Origin: Phoronis australis
Taxonomy: Eukaryota > Animalia > Phoronida
Direction: 5' to 3'
Assembly (NCBI GenBank): GCA_002633005.1
Contig: NMRA01000762.1
Span: 62,001-126,000 of the forward strand
Length of the DNA stretch: 64,000 nt
Shown: piece by piece, positions 11,769 to 24,959 of the stretch
Numbering within the stretch: the stretch's first letter is position 1
How the letters are laid out: each line of letters begins with the position of its first letter
Program-made: the position numbers and the translations under genes
Notes under the pieces: model-generated
Told to the model about the DNA's origin: nothing
What the model saw: the letters and a program-made list of their open reading frames with translations, nothing else
Database searches by the model: none

Positions 11769-14700
11769 CACACGCGAATGCTTTCACCATTTTGTTGCAC
11801 AAAAGTACGACCAATGAAATAAATCGTATAGCTCAACAAGAACTTAGCTAGATTTAACCAAGCTTAAATACATGTCACCTTATTTGATATTTCTCCTAGC
11901 TGGAGTTTTCTTGCTCCCTTACTAGCCATTGCTCGGTGATATTGAAAAGGACAGCCTATGAGTAAGGCAAACTAGGCTTGTCAAAATATCTTGAATGCTA
12001 ACACATAGTTTGCTTTCTCAAAATACAAAAATTTATATTGGCGGAAATAATTTTGTGCTAAATGACCGAAATGCAATGAACAACACTACTAGTAAAAATT
12101 AAAATAATAAATGTTCAATGATGCATTATGAACAAAGTAAACGCTTGGCTGTATCTAGAGACACTGTAATAAAAAATATCATTAGATAAATGACATAACC
12201 ATGACTGCAATAAGGTATCATAGGTAAATGCATATCACGCTATTGTGGTTTGGTGTATAAATGCACAGAAAAGACGAGGTTACATGGAATGGGAAAAGCG
12301 TTTGCAGACCTTGCTACACCAAGACCAGGCTAGGCGAGGTGCTTTACCGTGCACGGTCTTTTAGGACATCAAAGGAATTCTGGCTACAGCAAGGTATTGT
12401 CAGATAGTAGTGTGCCTGTGATTATTTTCCCCAGAATAGTTTTACAGCATCCAAAACACAAAGTGAATGGCAATACGCTGTCTGCAGGTGATCGCCGGTG
12501 AGTGGGCTTAACATGTAAACGCAACATATATACAAGACGCTTAGTTAACAATTACCAGAGCTGAGTCCTGATGCCATGGGCATTGCACCGGGTGCCACGG
12601 GTGAGCTGAATAATGTCGTAGTCGGTATTGCATCTGTCGATACAGTTTGGCTGGACCTTGGAGCAACTGGGGTGCCATCTACTGACACAGCGTGGCTGAC
12701 TTGCTGCGACTCTGCCCTGACCACACCGTATTCAAAGGATTGCACAGACTCAGCAGTCACGTTACCAATATCCTTCACAATTTTGTTTGTGTGCTGTGCA
12801 TCTTCCCCTCGTATGTACCTGTAGGTGAAGCAATAGACTTCAGTCCCAAATGAACATAGGACCATAAGTCTTCTATTTATGCCGTTGTCTCGCATTCAAA
12901 TTTGCAAATCTGCTTAGGCAAGACCAAGTACAAAGCTTTAGTCCTTTTATGGTACATATTCTAGGTTCAGCTCGAAATGTCTTTAAAAATTAGAATATCG
13001 AAATTCAAGCCAAAATTTTAGTTTCCTTGATTATGAAGATTGGGACATGAGGTATTTGGCATATTTCTCAAAATAAGGAAGATAGCATTTTGTTTCAACA
13101 GTCTGAAAATGAATTTGCCAGTTCATAAAATCGTCGAGTAACCAACATTTTCATGCATCCTCACTGAGGTAAATTAACATTTGTTGTTGATCTAATTCTT
13201 GAATTTGGGACATCTGATTTTGCCTATTTCTAAAATAAGGTACACACTCTGACCTTGAGTAAATCTTTCACTGTCAGAAATTGGAAAATTTTTACTTAAT
13301 GACAAGAATGCCATAGCCCTGTAGACGCAGCCTGTTCTAATTACAAAAGACTGGCTGTGAATAGCTTCATATTTCTCACTTAGCTAGATTCAAAACTCAC
13401 TGACGCTAGGACAGCAATGGTTTTGCCATGCTTGGAATCACACGAACCAACAGAGTGTGACTTACAGGTTCCTGTGTACTATAAAAGTTGCCTGGACATT
13501 TGTGGCTATCACAGGGCTGGCCAGAATGTTGCCAAACTCTTCCGTCAACTTCAGAGGGTCAACGATGTTCACCTGACCTCCCGTGTCAGCGGCTACCCGG
13601 CCCAGATGAATCATTCCACAGTCCGTGCCCTTTATGGTGATCACAGACACAGATACACTGTAACAAGTATAATAATGAACAAAGAGAACAGCAGAGTGGA
13701 CTAAGTAATTCTGCAAAATGTTCCATAAGCTTACTAACTGTATTAAGGAGAGGTGTCTAACGGGTTCATGAGCCATTTTTTATTTTATTCCTGAACATAA
13801 CATTAGTGATAATGAAGTTATCTTTAGTAATTAATATGGTGTTTTCTTAACAACACCAGCCTCATCAGGAATCAGTACTGCTTGCCGAGAGGACCTCGGT
13901 TACAGTTGCACCATCTTAACTCCTCCCCACACATTCAAGTTAAATTAGACAGAGAACAGACAGGCAAGAGAAGATCAATGTGTTGTTACCAAGGTAACAA
14001 ACAGCTACAAAGATTAGTTTACAGTGAGTACTGTTTCATCCACAATTAAAACACATGATACAACAGCGCCCAAAAAATAACTTTCATTTTCGATGATTTA
14101 TTTTACTCCTCAAATAGCAAACTTATACAAGTAATTTTGCCAATGGCTATGAGATTCCCATACATGAAACTATTCCTCATACTCTCTAGGTTTTGCATAA
14201 TGAGTGGACAGTGTAATTTCTTAGAGATCTCTCCCACGTAACGTAAATCTTGCTATGAAGTTGGCATCACATCACTGAAAATGAGTGTCAGAATTTGACA
14301 ACTGCTACGATAGCGATACTTCAAACTTGATATCGACACGCATCCTTTCATACCGATACCAAGCACAAAAATGTCACACAACAGGTCAAATGTTCAGTTG
14401 ACCTTGAAAATATGAGTCATCCAATGAGTCACTGCAGCAGTGACAGCAGGACAGACAAAACGCAGTGTCTGTTTCAACGTTTAGATGAATAGCGTAAAGC
14501 ACGAACATTTTAAATGAATAAGACTTCAATTTGATCACTTTACCAGTATTGTGCACTTGGCTGTATTTGGTGCAGTATCTGAATGCAACACAAAACATAA
14601 CGCTAATATGTAAAAGTCTTGTGGTGAAAATAAGTGACAACTTGATACACTGGATGCCTCCTAGTGCTCACAAAGAGTGACTAATTTATACACTGTCAAC

Positions 14701-16378
14701 TATACGTACCTACCATGAGCTAAGGAATATCACAAATCTGGTAAGTATAATGAAACAAAAGCCTGTACTATACTACCTTAGCACCATTCAAATACCGTCC
14801 TACTGCTTCAATAGTCATCTTAAACACTACACACATTCTAGGTTCGACTATTCAGAACTCATATGGGGCAATAAAATGAATAAAACAATTACCTTCTCAG
14901 CCAGGACCACAGACACTTTGTTAAGTTATGTTTAATTACTAAGTCCAACAGGGACAGTTGTATGACTAAGAAGAAAGTTCACTAAGAAGTACTTTCACTG
15001 ACCTTACATGTCAATTTCAAAAAGCCTATTGCACATGAATGACATCCATGATTTATAACCATCAGCAAAGTTCTAAGCCATGATGTGCAGTAGCTATCCC
15101 CTCCAAGTCAAAGATGCATCTCTCAGGAACTGCTACTTTAGCTATATGTATCTGTCATGAATTATGCAATTAAATATGAGTTTCAAAGCCGACGGGAGAA
15201 ATTTGGCAAGCCAGATAAATTTTGCAAGCAGAAAAATAGCTTTGGAGGCCCAATGTACCATTCTTTCCATGTGAGTAAATTGACTCAACTGAACGACATT
15301 CCAGAGACCAAGTCAATCATGCAATGCACCTTTTTCTATCTCCAGGAATGAGGAGAGCTCAGTTTGTAGTAGCTATTAATCAACCATGGCCACTTATACC
15401 CCACAAACTACATAGTTGACTACGACTAGTCAAAACAGAAAAAAGACATGGACACTGAAGCGAGTAAGTGAACGTAGTGCAGTTCGAAATGATCAAGATT
15501 GCACAACTGTACATGAATTATGAACCAATTACCCTATCTATATATTAGTAAAACAATATACTATTTCAGTAGAAGAATGCTTTGCACAATTATCTTCAGT
15601 TTGTTAATCATATTAGATAGTACATCGCATATTCATCAACAAAATGGTTCAGTTTTCCTGCAACTACCAGAGGATCCATCTTTTGAACTGTACTTACTAA
15701 AGACCACACCTTGGTCGTACAATCCGCCACACTTGGAGTCACAGCTCAGTGGTTTGATCATGGGAGTTGACTACAGGTGGGCACCCAAATCACTAGAGAC
15801 TATAGTCTGAACTATGATACCAGCAGAGAATGCACTGAGAATTCAGACTGGGATGAATGTTTCAACTTAGTGTGATGTCAAAAACCTTACCCCTTGCTAG
15901 ATGCAAGTGAAGACAGATCTGCGTAGAACTGTTGGTACTCTGCAGGTTCATCATCCTCTATCTCCATCAAGTTTGATTGGTTCATCTGGTTGTCAAGGCT
16001 ACCCACACCAATATTTGCAGCCCCATCAGTACACATGATCACCTTGGAGCCACTGTGCTGACTCGCCATGGCGATGGCCACGGTCATGGCAGGACCTAAT
16101 GCAGTCTGACCACCCTCCTCCAGACTACAATAGAGGAACAGTTCAAAAGTGCTATCAGTGAGGAGTATGAGAGCCACCATTGTAGATCTCTTTGATTTCA
16201 ATCAAAAAACCGATGTATTCAAAATCATCTACACTAATTGACAAAGTCAGTGCCATCAAGCGACTCTCTTTAAACTGCAGTTTGGCAAAAAAGATCATTG
16301 TTTACGATTGAAACCGTTTACCGTACTGTTCCTTTTGATACATTCAGATTCTGCTATATAATAATAATAATACTTGTA

Positions 16379-16437
<59 letters not shown>

Positions 16438-17895
16438 AGCGCTTGGAGGAGCGACACTTGGCGAAATTACGCGAAAACAGGACGATGGGGAGGACGACGA
16501 CGACGATCATGACGACTAGCGAGAAATGAAAAATATCTTATGAAAGCCCGTTTAAAACTCTATCAAACATCTAGGGATCACTACGTCTCCCTGTTTAATC
16601 CCAACATCACACAACTAAGTTATAACAACAAAATATGGCAGAGGAAAAACAGCTGTTTTTGACATGAGGCATTTCTCGCACACATTTCCGGTATGCCTTC
16701 AAAACATTACTTGCAATGATCTGTTAAAGAAACCGTGATGTGTTACAAACCCCCTTCGTCATAGTTAACGTCCTGCAGAACACCATCAAGCTTTAAAGAC
16801 CACATTTTTGGTACCTAAGCCAAACATTCGGCCGCCAAAACAAAGTACACAAAGCACCTTACAGACACGTCCGTAGGACTAGCAGAAATAAAACAACAAG
16901 AACGATGAACCAAGGAACAGTGCTAGGTGGGTCATTCGGGGTCAACAAACCAGTCTACAGTCGGACGATGCTAGCTGGGTCATTCTTGGTCAACTTGTAC
17001 AGGCATAACCAAAACAAAACAGAGCCGGCCAGCTGCGTGTGCTTGCATTGGCAATGCAACGGAGACCAAACGAACAGAAAATCTCGAATAATTCAAAAAA
17101 AGTAGACGTCGTAGCGAAAAATGGAAAATATCTTCTGAAAGCCCATTCACAACTCTATCTTACTTGAATGTTTCGCAACATTCCATTACTTATTGGAAAA
17201 AATTGAAATTTTGCCGTTTTTTTTTTGAAATTCAAAGTCAAATAACTCGAAAACGGTAAGTCTGAGAAATACGCTCTCGGAGACTTTTTGAAAGAGCATA
17301 CTTCAAGGAATCCAAATGCAAAAATTCATGTCATTTACTCTTCCCATTAAAAACGCGACCGCAGAACGATTGAAAACTTGAGAACATGCGCCACAGCCGC
17401 CATCTTGAAAGTGACTTCCGGTTAAACAAAATTTTATAAAAGCATATTAATGGCAACAAACACGTGACCAGTTTGAAACTGATTGGTTCGCAAATGCGCC
17501 CTCTAGAGGAGAAAATGTTTTTGGCCAGATATCGGGGTGCACATGCGCCACTTCCAATATTTCCGCCATCTCTGACCGAAAGTCAATGATTTTCAGCACA
17601 GTTGTAGCACATGTGTTCTATAGTAATCGTACCACGTTTCAGCAATGTACGTCGAAAAATGCGGCCTCTACGAGCATTTGACTGTGAAATTGGATACAAA
17701 ATGGCCGCCACGTCCGCCATTTTGTATCCGATCAAGACCAAAAACAATAGCGTTCCAGTACTTCCCGATCTACATGTTGTGTGCAAATTTCGTGAAAATC
17801 GGACGAAAATTGCGACCTGTAGAGAGTGAACAAAAAAAAACTTGGTGTCAGACCAACATACTTGGCGAAATTTATTTCGACAAGTAATAATAATC

Positions 17896-17931
<36 letters not shown>

Positions 17932-20900
17932 GTAACACCAACAATAATAACAACAATAACAATACTAATAAGAATAAATATCTTTGGGAGGCAATTAAAT
18001 CCATTCTCAGCAAAACAAAAGTCAGTTTTCATCTTCTCGACACATTTTCATGGTAGCTGTACAATTCAATCTATACTAAATTACAAACAAGCCAAAATAC
18101 CAAATGCATTATTATCCCATTCAATTGGTAACAAAACTTATTTTGTAAATTATATTGTCAACTATTTAAGAACATTTTACACAATGAAAATTCTTTAGTA
18201 CAGGTAAACTAAAGCTACCTACTTCCATAACTTGTTAGACAGAACATCCTTTGTTTCCTTGACAGACTTTAGACCTGTCACCCCCATACCAACTTGGATC
18301 AGTCCATCCTTGTTCAGCAGATGATCACCAGCAATAGTGATTGGATCAATGGAGCCATCACCAACAACAGTAACCTAAACCACACAAAAGTCACATTAAG
18401 AACTAAAGATGAACAAGTTAAAAATAGCATTTGTCAAGACCTGATAAAATTAGACAATGTAGAAACAGGTAAAACACTTTAAATTTCAGTAAAAATATTT
18501 ATTAAAAAACACTAAGTTTCGAGCCCTAATGGGTGTGGCTCTTCAACAGGTAGGCAAAGTTAATTTGCATATTAATTGAGATATATCCGCTTTTATTTAA
18601 ATGTTAATCTTAATTGGGCATGCAGTCCATGGAATGGAATCAAACAACACACGGACTCAGGTTCTACAAGCTTAAACTTGCTTGACGTAAATAAGAAATC
18701 AAAAATACCATATTAAGATTTAGTTTAAGTGCTCCAAAATCACAAAGTCCAATTCCATTCATTGCTGCATGACGATATGCGTGCAGACATCTGAACCAAA
18801 TATCCCGGGGTCTGGTGTCTAAATAAGCACCTTTTCGAGAGGCGCCGCGATCACAGCACCATGACAAACCTGCCTTTATTTGGACAATATCTGCCGCAAA
18901 ATGCCAGCAAATCAGTTTATTCTGTCTCAGTTGAAACACTTTGACTCGTTGAAAAGAAACATTTTGGCTAATACTGTTCACCTACCTGGACCAGTCAACA
19001 CAGTGAATAACGAAGCATTTGTGTGTATTACGTACTGTGCCATGGAGTGTATTTACCACCCATGGTACACTAAAAAGTGACAGTGAATAATCAAGCCTAC
19101 AAAAGGCTCTCATCACCAGTGGTGGATTTAGGGAGCGCCAAAGGTGCCATGGTGCTCTTAGTATTCTCTCAGATTCACCTTTGGCAGTTCGGGGGTGCGA
19201 ATGTCTGATGGGCGAAATCCTAGCTAATGCTCTGCCCTGGTTCCCCCAACTCAAGATCCTGGATCTGCCCCTGACCACCATTCTGCATTCATGCCCACAC
19301 AGCAAACACAACGTCATAATTGTATTCGTCATTGTGTTTGCTCAACGGGAATGAATGCAGAACCCAGCGTGGCTCTTTTGCTGGACAGTTTTCACCACTT
19401 CTTATCCATAAACATGTCAAAGGAATAGTAATAATATTAAAATGGCTGACTTCCCCTTAATAGATATCTCACTAACTCAACAGAAATTTAACGTTATATA
19501 ACGTAGTTTTCACAACGGCCATTTTCCCAAATTGTTCTTTGTCTCACCTCAGTACTGAATGTAATCAGCGCCACTCGTCTGTTGGGGTGGTCCTTAGCCA
19601 TCTGTGACAATTGGTTGTCAATGGCAGCCTGTACCCCCTGCAGTCGAGACACATACGTCACATTACGCCTCTGATTCGGCAGATACTGGCTCTCACGTGT
19701 CGTGTTAAATGTCTCCAGCTGTCGCAGCTTGTCCGTGCCCTTCAATGTAACAGCGCCCTCTACCGGAGTCGTTTGACACATGCTGCCAGAGATGTCCACG
19801 CAGAAAATGACAAGACTCTCGTCACTGCCAGCCAGACTGGTCGCCGTGGTTACAGGAGCTGGTTCCAGCATGAATGTAACATCCGACTGAGTAGGTATCT
19901 CCTCGGGGAAAATGTCCACCTCATTTAAGTGGCCACAGAATTCGCAAGACCACACCTACAAGGTAACAAATAACACAGTGTGAGTCAGGCTAATACCATA
20001 GTTTGGGTCTAAGGCTTTTATTTTTTTCCGAAAACATAATTCTAATCCAAAATCAAATTCTTCCGTTCCCCAGTTGCAACCCACATGACTATCGAGGAAG
20101 GTGTCAACTAATTGGACCAGCTGAATGGATAACAGTAGTATGACAGCGCATGAAGCAATACACAGATAATAATGCAACGAGATAACATAAAAGTCATGGA
20201 CAGTGAATAGCAGAGTTAGAGCATTCAGTAGGAATGAATGTGAATCCAACACTTGGAAACAATTCTGATAACCGCGAAAGGCTAATGAAACCTAAAAACT
20301 TCAAACCACGAAGATTTCCAAACTTAACTACCACAATTTACTGCAAACAAGAAGGGCAGAAAATAAAGAAATAAACAGTAAAACAAGTTGTTTACCTTTT
20401 CTCCATGAATATCATTAATCTTGCTAATGTGTGACATTACTACGCCACACTCGCACAATTCGGCTTCACCAGCGTGCATGTTGCTCGGTGCAATCAGCTG
20501 GTTAAATCGGACGTTAACGACGTTAACATCAGCCCTGCGATAGTAATTACTGGCCTTGGCCCTGCGACCAGCGACAGTCCTGTTCACAATAGGAGTAGCT
20601 GAAAGTAGAATCCTAAACTGCAAGCTGAATTGAATTTGAAGTCCAATGACCTTAATGTTGAAACGACCAAGGAATGCAAAACGAACCTCATAGCTGTAAT
20701 TTGCCGTATTTAGCTGAATAAAAAACGAAAAATTGAAGCATGCCTTTTATTCTCATATCAAAATAGTCTTGTTATGTTCTTAACTGTAATATGATTATGT
20801 TACCATCAAGAACATTGAAACTCTCCTCCGCTAGCGAAAATGCTTCAATGTTTATTGGGGTTGGACAACCCTAAAATTACTGATTTGAATTTAGGCACTG

Positions 20901-23900
20901 CCAGCCCATTCAGCAACAATTCAAGATCCAGTAAGTTTGGTAATATTTTTAAACCCCAAACACTTTGGTTGAGAATTCAACACTGACATCTAAACAGCAG
21001 CAAAATGCAGCTTTAACATTTCAACAAAAGAGAACATATTTTACCAATTTGGAATTGGTTATATGGCTTGATAGCACAACCATTAATTTTTCAAAGTTAC
21101 AGCCCCGAAACGAAGATAAAACGGCAAAATTATTTAGTTATTAATCGTATTAATGCAGAGTTCTGGTTGGTACATAGCAAGGCAAGGTAAAATTTTTCAG
21201 AGAATTCTAAATTTTGTTTTGTAAAGCTAATTTTAATATACAGCAATCGTTTTTTTATAATTTAACAGAAATTTAGTCTGGAAAATTCATAAAAATCAGC
21301 ATTATCTAAATATTGGTTTGTTTTTCATGAAATGTGCGTTTGAAAACTGAACGGCATTGCAATATCAAGTGGCGGCTGGCAACCAGTTAACAACGTTGTT
21401 GCCGTCATGGTAACACCAAGTCCACCAACAAGATAACAGAATGGACCAATACTCCTTGGAATGACTTATGTGTTACACGAAAAGAACACCAAACCCAAGA
21501 AATAACAGTCAAGTGGTCAATTGTGACATCAGTTAGTTAACAATATTCACAGGATTTTACTGAGCATACACATAGTATGAGCAAACTAATGAATACTGAT
21601 ATGACAGTTGAGAGTTTCATTATCGCAATGGTAATGGGCGACGTGACTTACCATCTGTCTGCCAATGGTGAACCCTCTGTGCCGGTCGGTTTGCAAAAAG
21701 ACCACCAGATGGTGGATCACTGGCTAGAAAACCAAGAGCACCTGTTGTTAAAATATATCCCTACAAATTCCGACCTGCGGATTTACTATTTCGATTTGAA
21801 ATAACACAGAGACTTACTACATAACATGCAAATTTTATCTTTCCAACTAAATACTAAAGAACTTAGTATCCCATCAATTTTTTCATGGACACGCTGACAG
21901 AATGCAAGCGAAGCTTGAGAGAAAATAATGCCAGTAACATCTCTGCTATCACTACACACTAGAAGACCATTCATAGTATGAACGTCTCTTTAACCAGGAC
22001 AACGTATACTAGACATTTTCTTAGCCAACTTACGATTTGCTCGGTGTGCCGCAGACCCAAAGGCACATCTGAGGTCCTGCACAGAATCAACTTGGACTGC
22101 AGTCGCAGGATTGAATGCAGAGTCATATGTAGCATTACTTGGGCCACCAAACCCCACAGAGCGTTCACTACATGCCTGAGGACCCCCTCCAAACAAAAGG
22201 GTTGACGACTGGGGTCGCGCTGCAAACAATGTGGTTGTTCCTCCAAGCGGTGCGTTTGCTGCTTGAGGACCTGTTCCAAACAGTGAGTTTGATGGCTGGT
22301 TGCTGAAGAGACCCCCAGTGGACCGATATGGTGCAGCGCTGTTGAAAGAATTAAGGCACAAGATATAGAGTTATTGCAAATGAAGGAACCACACCAAAGG
22401 AGCAGATGGACAGATGACATTTTGTTTAAATCACTACTTAACTTCTTTGATAATTAGAAACAACATACAATCAACCATTGTAACAATGACAGCCACCACA
22501 AAGCCATGTCTAAAGCATCCAACTTTGCTCACACCAAATTAACTCCTACAGTGAAGTTGACTTGGCACTAGTGGAACAGAACATCATAAGCAATCAAATG
22601 GTAAACCAAGAATGTTAAAATCTAGTTTTCACTTGAGCTTTTAGCTCCAATCAAGGGGTCATCAAGTGCTAATTTGAAGTATTCACTTATTTGTGAAATC
22701 CATACTACTACTGATGCTGCTGCTGCCAATACTATAAGTAATGATAACATAATTAAATATAATAATACTTTTATTATTCTAGACATATATAATGTCCCTA
22801 CTTATAATTCTTATAGCATTCTTCAAAGCAGAATAATTGTTTAATTATCTGAGGTTTGTATCAAAGGAAAAAAAATATTTTCCAAGTTCGATTTTGAGTC
22901 AAAAGATTAGACCCCGAGTTGAGATGTTGTGGAATACTGCCTTGACCTAGGTACGATTTTGCCACAGTAAGATGACGTGAGAGTAAAAAATTTGTAGATA
23001 GATACAGGCATCCAGAAAACTCTAGCAATACAGCTAAGAATGAGCATGTTCTACAGAATTACTTTATTATGATTGTTCATTATATTGTATTGTATGTTGC
23101 TAACTGATACCAACTCCTATAATGCTTCTTTAGATTTAAATGTAAAATGTAATAGAATGTCATCCAGTTTTTTAACAAATCATTGAACAGAATTCATTGG
23201 TGAGTTTCCAAATATAAATAGCAACCCAAATTAATTAAGCTATCTAATTAAACGTCAATGACATTTTTTAAATTATCACCTTCAAACTGTAAGTCTATAG
23301 AAACAACTACTAACTTGTCAAAGCAAAAATATTCTACAATGGAACTTTTTACAGAAAATGCTAATTTATGTGACTAAGTGTTTGTGAATGTCATTTTCAA
23401 ATCCAACTCCATTATTAGCTCTTTTGAAGGAATGAAGCATACTTTAAAAGTGTCCGCTAGGTTAACAAATTTGTATTTCCTTGTGTGTCACTTTCATTTT
23501 CATTTTATTTTGATTGATTTGGGAAAAACGTCCAAGTCCCTGAAAAATCGTGGCTATCGTGTACTATGAAATTTCTTCAGGTTCATTTGAGACAATTGTA
23601 AGCATCAAGTGCAGGAGAACTGTCCACCAGAGTTGCAAAGATACGGTTCAGGAGATATGGCCATAACCACAAAAAAAAACAAAAAAGCCACTAGGAGGCG
23701 CCACAGTAGTGAAGTTGTTGGCAAATGTAGAGTGATGGTGCAGACTTCACAATGTCTTGAGGTAAAAATTTGATGCTTGACCAAACACAGCGACTACTGC
23801 ATCAGCTAATTTGTGACACCATATACAATACAATACAATACAATACAATACAATATTGAAATTATTACCAAAATGCATACACAGGCCTTTTGATTTCTAC

Positions 23901-24959
23901 CCAAAAGTTAAAAAGATTAAAAAAGAATGACTTAAGACTTAAGTCAGAGATTTGGCCTTATGCTCTACAAAACAATTTCTGAAAATAATTAAATCTCACT
24001 TGCGCAAAAGTGCCGTGACTCTCTTTGAACGCACACACCAATGCAAGTTACTGAGATAATTTTTATTCATCAATTCTAGACTGTGATGCACTCACAATTA
24101 CTTGACTAAATCTTTTTTCAGCAATTATCAATTGGGAGTATAAGACCAAATTTCTATCAAAGACACTTTCATGAAACAGACAGGTGAGTTCTGTTGCCTG
24201 TTGATGCTCCATTGAGAGGAAAGCATATATTGAACCATGATGACACTTTCCTACTGTATCATCAATTGGATTTATGTTGGTGGTCTTTCCCCACAGTTGT
24301 CATGTAACTCTCCTAAGGCATTAGTCAATCTTACCGATTTAGTAGACTTTGTACGGTATTTTCTAACTTGCTCCAAACTTATCAGGATTGACAACATTAA
24401 GAGAGCCTTTATACATTTCATGAGCTTTGTAATTAGTATCATTCTGTTAACAGGACCAAATCCATCCTTTTAGCTCCATTCTAGGATCCATTATTTGTTA
24501 GCTCTGTTCAGACGATTACTTAAAAGGATACTAAGCCTTGATGATATTTCCACCAATTTTCGTTCTATTACCTGCTAATACATTAGTGACATCAATCTTC
24601 AAAGTTAAAGACAAGAATGAAGTACTCCCTATGTTACAGATTGGACATTATGATCCTTGGTGGGGGGTCTTTTCCCATACGGTTGTCGTGAAATTCACTA
24701 AAAGCGTAGGTAACACTTGTCCGCTTAGCAGACTTTGAAACCAGATTTGGTATCCTTCAGAACATAAACGAATTTCAGCTGGTCAGTACACAGGAAGCCT
24801 ACCAACTTAACCACATAAGGCAATTGTGTTAGTAGGCTGGGGTAAACAAATAAGTTAAAAAACTTACGGTGCTTCTATTTGTCCACGCAGCTCATCATCC
24901 GACACATATTCTTCGTCAGAGTCCTCATAAAGCCAAACATGGGATGATCCAAAATCCAT
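8636..24959 (-). CDS. Circularly permutated Ras protein 1-like (Sec23/24-type Zn finger + vWA domain protein), 13 coding exons, ~870 aa, no Ras domain seen
   Basis: Exons (minus): 24959-24868, 22338-22034, 21741-21652, 20598-20396, 19955-19548, 18374-18223, 16124-15891, 13657-13466, 12818-12556, 11199-10975, 10496-10373, 9350-9131, 8740-8636. All junctions are GT-AG with consistent phases; total 2613 nt. Motifs: start MDFGSSHVW; Zn finger CECG..MS...WSCEFCG; MIDAS VIFCVDISGSM; SRLQGVQAAI; RRVALITFS; LEEGGQTALGPA; CTDGAANIGVG; PFQLQIRYTD. Exon 3 (90 nt) is the least certain. Confidence 0.87.
9410..10050 (+). mobile_element. Degenerate Helentron-like (HINE/Pearl-type) non-autonomous element with ~140-bp core repeats
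   Basis: Recurrent units containing (G)CCACTAGG(G/T)GG and AAATTTCA.. at ~140-bp spacing (9442, 9577, 9858). Same unit type as 51240-52360. Confidence 0.5.
11716..11774. repeat. (GCAC)n/(CA)n microsatellite
   Basis: Directly visible. Confidence 0.95.
16358..16433. repeat. (AAT)n microsatellite
   Basis: Directly visible; the source of spurious poly-Y/poly-I ORFs. Confidence 0.95.
16434..17886 (+). mobile_element. Helentron-associated (HINE/DINE-1-like) non-autonomous element inserted in an (AAT)n tract
   Basis: Subterminal motif ACTTGGCGAAATT at 16456-16468 recurs as the arm of a 3' hairpin TACTTGGCGAAAT-TT-ATTTCGACAAGTA (17859-17886). Internal duplications (16520 vs 17115; 16920 vs 16969). 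(AAT)n on both flanks. Confidence 0.65.
17885..17978. repeat. (AAT/AAC)n microsatellite
   Basis: Directly visible. Confidence 0.95.
19117..19273. mobile_element. Short MITE with CAG(T/G)GG.GGAT termini
   Basis: Runs CAGTGGTGGATTTAGG ... CCTGGATCTGCCCCTG. Flanks are ATCAC / ACCAC (4/5 match, a putative 5-bp TSD). Confidence 0.6.
23824..23854. repeat. (TACAA)n pentanucleotide microsatellite
   Basis: Directly visible. Confidence 0.9.

Noticed and set aside
16295-18198. Poly-Tyr/Ile/Asn ORFs
   Set aside because: Translations of (AAT)n microsatellites.
18270-18290. Possible in-frame TGA (selenocysteine/readthrough) in exon 6 of the vWA gene
   Set aside because: Recounting the G run gives ATG GGG GTG ACA; the frame is open and there is no TGA.
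24150-24790. Coding-like stretch with CPIC motif in intron 1 of the vWA gene (possible missing Ras exon)
   Set aside because: Frames are interrupted by stops and there are no GTPase motifs; not assignable.
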